From NCBI GenBank assembly GCA_051362555.1, contig CM120640.1, positions 65,388,788 through 65,452,787 on the forward strand: a DNA stretch of 64,000 nt, given 5' to 3'. Below are positions 63,696 through 64,000 of this stretch, piece after piece (position 1 is the stretch's first letter; each line of letters opens with the position of its first letter). The notes under the pieces were generated by a model. That model was not told the origin of the DNA and did not search any database. It worked only from the letters and a program-made list of their open reading frames with translations. Source of the stretch: Lingula anatina (taxonomy: Eukaryota; Animalia; Brachiopoda). The translations under genes were made by a program, and so were the position numbers.

Positions 63696-63772
63696 CAACC
63701 CTGGGAAACAAAGGCCAGCTGCAGGCACCTTCCCTGTGTGTGCTTTTAAATACTCCTTATTCTAAGGGGGCA

Positions 63773-63895
63773 CCACAGTCATAGGATGGGTTGAGGGTTG
63801 ATAATGTAACCCATTCATGGGATGGGTTGAGGGTTGACAGTATCACCCACAGTTATAGGGTTGGTTGAGTGTAGGTAGTATAACCCACTGTTGTA
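63773..63895 (+). repeat. Right part of the interrupted minisatellite
   Basis: CCACAGTCATAGGATGGGTTGAGGGTTGATAATGTAAC.. resumes the array immediately after the element. Confidence 0.85.
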
Positions 63896-64000
63896 GAGTG
63901 TTTATTTGGAAACTAAATTGAAGTCTGGCAATATAATTTAACCTGAAATATGAATTTCAAGAGGCTAGCAGTAGAAAAAGTTTGTTTGAACACAAGTTGG

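Larger units (their letters stand above)
59401..63772 (-). mobile_element. Full-length tyrosine-recombinase (DIRS-order, Ngaro-like) retrotransposon in a CCDC17 intron
   Basis: gag, RT/RNase H and YR ORFs are all open. Boundaries are defined by the interrupted minisatellite (..TATAACC|TTAAAAAC ... AAGGGGGCA|CCACAGTC..). Short imperfect terminal inverted repeats. AATAAA on the - strand at 59436-59441. Confidence 0.93.

Overview
AT-rich, intron-rich animal DNA, most likely a lophotrochozoan (probably a mollusc, inferred from the GPB5 loop insert, the CPES-type enzyme and the repeat families). Five host genes could be assembled by hand from splice sites: a CPES-type CDP-alcohol phosphotransferase (+, 8710-12375), DNAJC14 (+, 16678-25120), POLE4 (-, 26033-27183), a long CCDC17-like gene (+, from 28305, running past the window end), and a glycoprotein-hormone beta5 (GPB5)-like gene (-, 37396-40285) nested antisense in a GC-AG intron of CCDC17. 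Introns and intergenic DNA hold non-autonomous Helentron (HINE/DINE-1-like) elements with internal satellite arrays, TTAA-flanked Kolobok-like elements and several MITEs. The most unusual object is an apparently intact 4.4-kb tyrosine-recombinase retrotransposon (-, ~59401-63772) with Ngaro-like coding content. It shows neither split direct repeats nor a DIRS-type internal complementary region. Instead it has a short two-block terminal inverted repeat whose 5 mismatches are all G.U-compatible in the sense strand, a terminal hairpin, an in-frame gag-TGA-CAG-pol junction, and a predicted in-frame intron that fuses the SAM-like Gag N-terminus to an ATG-less recombinase. All calls come from reading the sequence; no database searches were run.
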